Source of the DNA: Candidatus Woesearchaeota archaeon
GTDB lineage: Archaea > Nanobdellota > Nanobdellia > UBA10117 > CAYGVN01
DNA: 6,363 nucleotides
Direction: 5' to 3'
Assembly: GCA_964353445.1 (NCBI GenBank)
Contig: CAYGVN010000049.1
Location: 1 to 6,363, forward strand
Shown here piece by piece: positions 5,896 through 6,363 of this stretch. Position 1 is the first letter of the stretch, and each line of letters starts with the position of its first letter. The position numbers and the translations under genes were made by a program. Under the pieces are notes generated by a model that was not told where the DNA came from, searched no databases, and saw nothing but the letters and a program-made list of their open reading frames with translations.

Positions 5896-5995
5896 ATTTT
5901 TGTGTGCTTGAGCGAATATCAACACACCTCTCTTTTGGGGTTGGTCCAGACCTTTTCTCTGTCGAGAGAAAAGGGAAGGACTGAGCAACTGGCCC
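5896..5995 (-). ncRNA. Structured 100-nt element upstream of tRNA-Ala that begins with a partial copy of the tRNA 5' end (GGGCCAGTtGCTCA); a leader, tRNA remnant or unknown small RNA
   Basis: The first 15 nt match tRNA-Ala positions 1-15 at 14 of 15. A 38-nt hairpin follows: GTCC-TTC-CCTTTTCTCT-CGAC-AGAGAAAAGG-TCT-GGAC (5944-5981). Next is CCCCAAAAGAGAGG (5927-5940), complementary to 5733-5745, and then a 7-bp hairpin at 5902-5927. A consensus promoter is placed to initiate at about 5995. Confidence 0.35.
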
Positions 5996-6020
5996 ATCCA
6001 AAAATATAAAAGCTGATGTC

Positions 6021-6027
6021 TTTTAAA
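6021..6027 (-). promoter_or_regulatory. TATA box (TTAAACTTTAAAAGA) positioned 25 nt upstream of the tRNA-like 5' end at 5995
   Basis: The motif and spacing match the tRNA-Ile and pheS promoters. A second AT-rich block, TTTTATATTTTT (6000-6011), is a weaker alternative. Confidence 0.5.
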
Positions 6028-6091
6028 GTTTAATGAGACAGCCTGAGCTCAATGCAGCTCAGAAAGTCCAATCTGAATAATCAGATGGACT

Positions 6092-6114
6092 AGCAAAATT
6101 CAAAAAATTTTGCT
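6092..6114. promoter_or_regulatory. Perfect 9-bp AT-rich hairpin in the divergent intergenic region upstream of the MBL-fold gene
   Basis: AGCAAAATT-CAAAA-AATTTTGCT. It overlaps the position where a TATA box for a leaderless transcript starting at 6130 would sit. Its role is unknown. Confidence 0.25.
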
Positions 6115-6129
6115 TTGTCCTCGGAAATA

Positions 6130-6363
6130 ATGGCAGAGGACAGAATAATCTTCTTAGGTACAGGTGGAGGCCGGGTTGTTGTGGCCAACCAGATGGTTGC
6201 CACTGGCGGCTTTGTAATTCAGCTAGCAGGCTGGCAGATTCATGTAGACCCGGGCCCGGGAGCAACTGCAAGAGCAAAGCAATTCGGAATAAGGCCTCCA
6301 AGAACAGATATTGTTTTTGTTTCTCATCATCATATCGACCATGTTAATGATTTGAATGCAGTA
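6130..6363 (+). CDS. MBL-fold metallo-hydrolase, N-terminal 78 codons (partial, continues past the window end)
   Basis: Absent from the ORF track because no stop is reached. Translation is MAEDRIIFLGTGGGRVVVANQMVATGGFVIQLAGWQIHVDPGPGATARAKQFGIRPPRTDIVFVSHHHIDHVNDLNAV. It contains the metallo-beta-lactamase HxHxDH motif (HHHIDH), preceded by the beta-strand/GTGGG and DPGPG elements typical of the fold. Confidence 0.85.
   Translation, partial: MAEDRIIFLGTGGGRVVVANQMVATGGFVIQLAGWQIHVDPGPGATARAKQFGIRPPRTDIVFVSHHHIDHVNDLNAV

Noticed and set aside
5699-5981. The recurring CTTTTCT/AGAAAAG hairpins as a CRISPR array or MITE
   Set aside because: There are only three related copies. They differ in length and sequence, their spacing is irregular, and there are no terminal inverted repeats, target-site duplications or uniform repeat units.
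5686-5995. Folding the tRNA-Ala flanks into a second tRNA (split, permuted, multi-intron, or a tRNA carrying tRNA-Ala inside a giant D-loop intron)
   Set aside because: GCTC (5983-5986) can pair with GAGC (5730-5733), and ACGGG/TCCGT could mimic an anticodon stem. However, no T-arm exists. The only 3' strand complementary to GGGCCAG is that of tRNA-Ala itself. The candidate anticodon loop lacks U33, and the 3x3 internal loop of the 5944-5981 hairpin is not a bulge-helix-bulge. The idea is kept as an open question, not a call.
5978-5995. The duplicated tRNA 5' end as an att site left by an integrated element
   Set aside because: The duplicate lies only 100 nt from the tRNA and covers the 5' end rather than the usual 3' end. 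No integrase or foreign-looking gene lies between or nearby.
5628-6001. ORF-track ORFs 5628-5873 (-), 5711-6001 (-) and 5681-5884 (+) as protein-coding genes
   Set aside because: They run straight through tRNA-Ala and its hairpin-rich flanks. They have no promoter motif or Shine-Dalgarno and translate to low-plausibility sequence. GC-rich structural RNA in an AT-rich genome naturally lacks stop codons.
6059-6301. Minus-strand ORF 6059-6301 (80 aa)
   Set aside because: It is antisense to the plus-strand MBL-fold CDS, which has a clear HxHxDH motif. The minus-frame product is P/L/Q-rich with no start context.
1-6363. A defence, secretion, toxin-antitoxin or other multi-gene accessory system
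   Set aside because: The recognisable gene content is housekeeping (PheRS, tRNAs) plus small orphans. There are no nuclease/ATPase/helicase pairs, no repeats typical of arrays, and no mobile-element genes. Only the tRNA and RNA-processing features look unusual.

Overview
AT-rich, tightly packed archaeal housekeeping locus. The archaeal/eukaryal-type PheRS, AT-rich TATA-type promoters, leaderless-looking first cistrons and a non-canonical tRNA intron suggest a small-genome, DPANN-like lineage, though that placement is inference only. On the minus strand a translationally coupled operon runs pheS (PheRS alpha), then an S51/peptidase-E-like gene, then pheT (PheRS beta). Further along the minus strand are a 185-aa coiled-coil orphan ORF, a 113-aa membrane protein and an 86-aa possible winged-helix protein. 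On the plus strand are a 70-aa PLDc_N-like membrane protein and the 5' part of an MBL-fold hydrolase that runs off the window. Two tRNA genes lie on the minus strand and are absent from the ORF track. The first is tRNA-Ile(GAU), interrupted by a 44-nt intron inside the T-loop, with its 3' end touching the start codon of the coiled-coil ORF. The second is tRNA-Ala(CGC), which has G3:U70 but an atypical D-loop and T-loop. It sits inside a roughly 310-nt, visibly GC-richer, hairpin-dense unit that starts with a promoter-positioned partial copy of the tRNA 5' end. That unit is the most unexplained element here. A shared promoter motif (AAAC[C]TTTAWA) recurs 22-26 nt upstream of most first-cistron starts and of the tRNA 5' ends. 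I see no CRISPR array, mobile element, or recognisable defence or secretion system. All calls rest on reading the sequence by eye, with no database or folding software.
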